The translations under genes were made by a program, and so were the position numbers. Source: Ophelia neglecta (lineage: Eukaryota). Taken from it: 64,000 bases of DNA. The notes under the pieces were generated by a model. The model saw only the letters and a program-made list of their open reading frames with translations. It made no database searches and had not been told where the DNA came from. Location of the stretch: positions 29,636,001 to 29,700,000 of the forward strand of contig OZ260665.1 of assembly GCA_965285935.1 (NCBI GenBank). The letters are read 5' to 3'. Positions 60,451 through 64,000 of the stretch are shown piece by piece. The first letter of the stretch is position 1. Each line of letters opens with the position of its first letter.

Positions 60451-63400
60451 CAGCACTGCTATGCTATGGGCTTGGTCTACACACAAGACCTGTAAAGGAT
60501 AATTAATTATATGACACTGTAAATCAAGTTGAAAGATAGCTGCTAAGTTTTTATTATGCTGGAAAAGAAGACGTACACAAAATGGGAAAATATATTATAA
60601 TTTTTATGATATTTAGCACAGTTGAAAATCTTTTGTAAAATGATGTATTACGACTGGCATGCCACTTTCTGGAAGGTAAGACTGTTATTGCCTTCAAAGA
60701 AGTGGGTAGAAGATAATTCTGGCAAAGTTAGGCAACTTGAAACATACAGTTAGCACAAATGATCCAAAATGCAGCGACCTGCTTAATGTGATTTTTTTTC
60801 AGGGTGTTTCCATGTGTTTCTTTCAGCACAATGGTACGCAGATGACAGATAAAAATCTTCATAAAAAGTTCCTTTTTTACGGCATGACCCGCCAGTGTTG
60901 AGTGACCCCGGCTAATGTCATAAATCATATATGCATAATATTAAACACAATGAAGGCTGGAGTTTTATTTATAAAACAACTCTTCACTTAACTTAGAATG
61001 CCTAACATTAATTAGGACTAAGTAACACAAGCAATGCTTATTGATATCATTGCTAGAGATAACGAAGTTCATCAAAATATGTTAGCATCGGTCACTTATC
61101 ATTGTGTCCTTATATAGCATCTACATACAATGGATTCATCAAAGTTTTTCTCCTCTCTTAACTCTGTCCTTAGGTGGCTCAAACTACAAACATTTGATAT
61201 ATCTTATTTCTTCTCTTAATCTGTTGTACAGGTGCCTTTAATTGAACCTTTCCTATGCCTGTATTATTCTGCTCCATCTCTAAGTTTTATAAATGTATAA
61301 AGATGGGCACTTCGACCTACATTTTGCTATAAATTAGCCACTGACCACTTTGTCAGGGTGAAATAAAGAAAAGCAAACATTCTGCACCTTCTGTTAACAG
61401 TGCATTGCATGAAAGGTACATCATATGTATTATTATATTTAACAATTTATCACGAATAGGAAGATATGAATCCACTGATGAAAGATCTGTGAAAGAGGAG
61501 GAATTAATCTTATCTTTTGACTTGTCCTCAAATTTTACCTTGTTTTAACTTGGAACTCAAAGATGAACACCATTTACTTTGATATTTTTTTCATAATATT
61601 TCACTACCTCACCCATAGGAAGTGTTTATCAAATTTAACAGGGCAGGAACTAGGAACAGGAAGCAACCGACCTGTTTATTGAGCCATTAATTACCATCTC
61701 ATTAGATCATATGATAGCATACATATCAATAGCAGAAGTTCAATATAGTGTAGTTCACATATAATTAAAGTATTAAGTATACACTGCTCTATATTTACAT
61801 GCATACTCACTATACTGTGAGTATCGACTGACAGACAGCTCTTGCAACCAGAAGTACATACCGCCCCAGAACCAATCACTTAGCAGGCCTATTAGAATGG
61901 TATTGATCACCGCCTTGTCACTGCTCAAGGTTGAAAAACAACCGTAGGTCCCTGGACCAGGGTTCCAGGACAGGCAAATCAGAACATGAGAGGGCCACTG
62001 CATAGTCAGATTTAAAATTGGCACAAAAAGTGCAGCAGCATTACCATGACAACTGAACATCGGGTGCTCTCAATTAAGAGGATATGCAAAAACATAACCA
62101 CACAAGTTTATGACTTTTGTGATAGCGATGAAAAACAACTGGCACTTATTCTTAAAACAGGCTAGAAAAAATACCAAAATAACACAGGCACATTATGTTC
62201 TTTGGTATTTTTAACTAGAGAATAAAACTTGACCTTTTCTACTGCTATTCAGGGCCCTGGTCAAAGAGATCGCAATATTCGCTACTGAACCAGGACTTTT
62301 TCCTGAATTTCTGGGTCAGGCATATCTCAAGAATTCCTGTTTTGTTGTGCAGCAATCTTAACCTAGATTAGCTCTTAGCTGCAGGGGAAAATGGTCTGAA
62401 GATTGAAAAAGGCATTTAGCCAGGTTGATGAAATTATTGACAGAAGAATCATGCTATCATTGTTCAGACCCAGAGACTGGCATGATCAGCAGACGGAATG
62501 TTTATTAGCTGTGTTTAGGAGCTGCATAGGAAACTTCATTTTATTTAAACGTTATCCTAAATATCAAGAGATAATAATAACTGGTTATGTCTAACTTGTT
62601 CCACAAAAATATTTTCTTCCAATCATCATGTTAATGTGGATAAATCTAATGACTGAATTGCAAATCTCCAGGCAGATAGGATAAAATTAGCTTTACAATT
62701 AAGACAAAGGCTTTTTGTACCTTTTGGACACAATGAAGATTCTAGTTCACCATTTTTTATATAGACCCAGAAATGAACTAGTACAAAACATTTGGATCAC
62801 TGGTCGGCAGTGGCTGTGATTATTATTTGGAAGACTGGTATAAAGGGTGGTGTAGTGATCATAATGTTACCTCATCGTGCTCCCTATCCTACATGTTAAT
62901 ATCAGCAGTGCCCCTAAGAATCTTGGTAAAGATTGAAGGCATATTTCAGTAATACCTTTCATCTTTTTAAGGATCCCCTTGTTCTGTAAATTAAATTTTC
63001 TAACTGTGCACAATATATATCGTTACAGTCAATCTTTGTATGTTTAAATTTTTTCACCGACAACTACCTAAGCCATTTGATGGCTTCATCATTTATAATA
63101 GGAATATACATAGTTATTTTACCAGACAAACAGATATTTTCCATGTACCACAAACACTTCCATTTTTATATAATGCTCTATGCAGTATCAGGGCGTTATA
63201 TTATATAACATAATGTGTGGGACTCTGGGATTTAATATTTCAGCTTCTCCCTTTAAGAGAACACTGAGATCATTCTTGCTGAGTAGGTTATTTATGCGTT
63301 TTTGTTGGTCGCCCTGTGGTGTCCCTGTTCACCTTATGCATGCACTATGTGTATATAAGTGTATGTATGTACATGTATATATGTGTGTGTGGTTGTGTTT

Positions 63401-64000
63401 GTTGTGTGTGTGGGAGGGGGGGGTGGGGGTGGTTTGAGGTGGCCTGGGGCGGCTCACATTGGTGCCTGACTGTTTCCAAGCAATGGATCAATGTAACATG
63501 TAGAATTCCTTGCATAGAAATGTATTCGCACTTTGTATGAAACACCTATTTGGTTTTTTCTATATTCCTTATTTCTGCAGTAATATCACAATAAGTTGTT
63601 TTTAAAGCAAAATCATAAAGTAAATAGTTTTTTAGCATCAAGGGAGGCAGGGTAGTGTGTACTATAGAATTACAATATTGATATCATAATGAGCAGTCAG
63701 GTAATTTACAAAAAGCATGTCCCATACATACTAAATGCGCTCATGGTCCATGCATGATTTTCCATAAAATGGAACTGAAAATAACGTGGTACACCGAATG
63801 TACTTAACAATAGTCTGTTAAAAAGATGACCATGCACAAGCATTTGAGTGTGTTTATATACTTAAAATTTTCCACACACATTCAGAGCAGTCAAACATAG
63901 GTTGAGACTGTCTGTCGATTCATAGAAACCTTTAACTGAACCCCATACATCATTATTTGTAAATCCTACCTAGAAGAGCAAACAGCCTTTGTCATTGACA

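Noticed and set aside
60500-64000. Short ORFs at the right end
   Set aside because: No homologous motifs or consistent splice structure; probably FAM13 upstream intron.

Overview
AT-rich, intron-containing animal genomic DNA. It is most likely a mollusc or other lophotrochozoan, probably a bivalve; this is inferred from the repeat types, TACATGTA-rich introns and poly-G/C tracts, not proven. I reconstructed four spliced protein-coding genes by hand with phase-consistent GT-AG junctions. (1) The 5' part of an uncharacterised single-TM cupin/JmjC-like gene (minus strand, runs off the left edge). (2) TTC30/IFT70 (plus, 15 coding exons, ~647 aa), head-to-head with gene 1 across a ~0.3-0.4 kb promoter with RFX X-box-like sites. 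(3) Cyclin F/FBXO1 (minus, 15 coding exons, ~862 aa) with a CCAAT/CHR-type promoter and an overlapping uORF. (4) A FAM13 RhoGAP gene (minus, 26 coding exons, ~1130 aa, >35 kb). The FAM13 introns hold several non-autonomous transposons: hAT with 8-bp TSD, a hAT-like MITE with 5-bp TSD, a nested hAT inside a Tc1/mariner-type element, and two Helentron-type elements carrying satellite arrays. The most interesting unannotated signals are candidate alternative-splicing elements of FAM13: a stop-terminated exon, two frame-preserving microexons in the RhoGAP domain, and duplicated splice donors. I found no prokaryotic-type system, tRNA, rRNA or CRISPR array.
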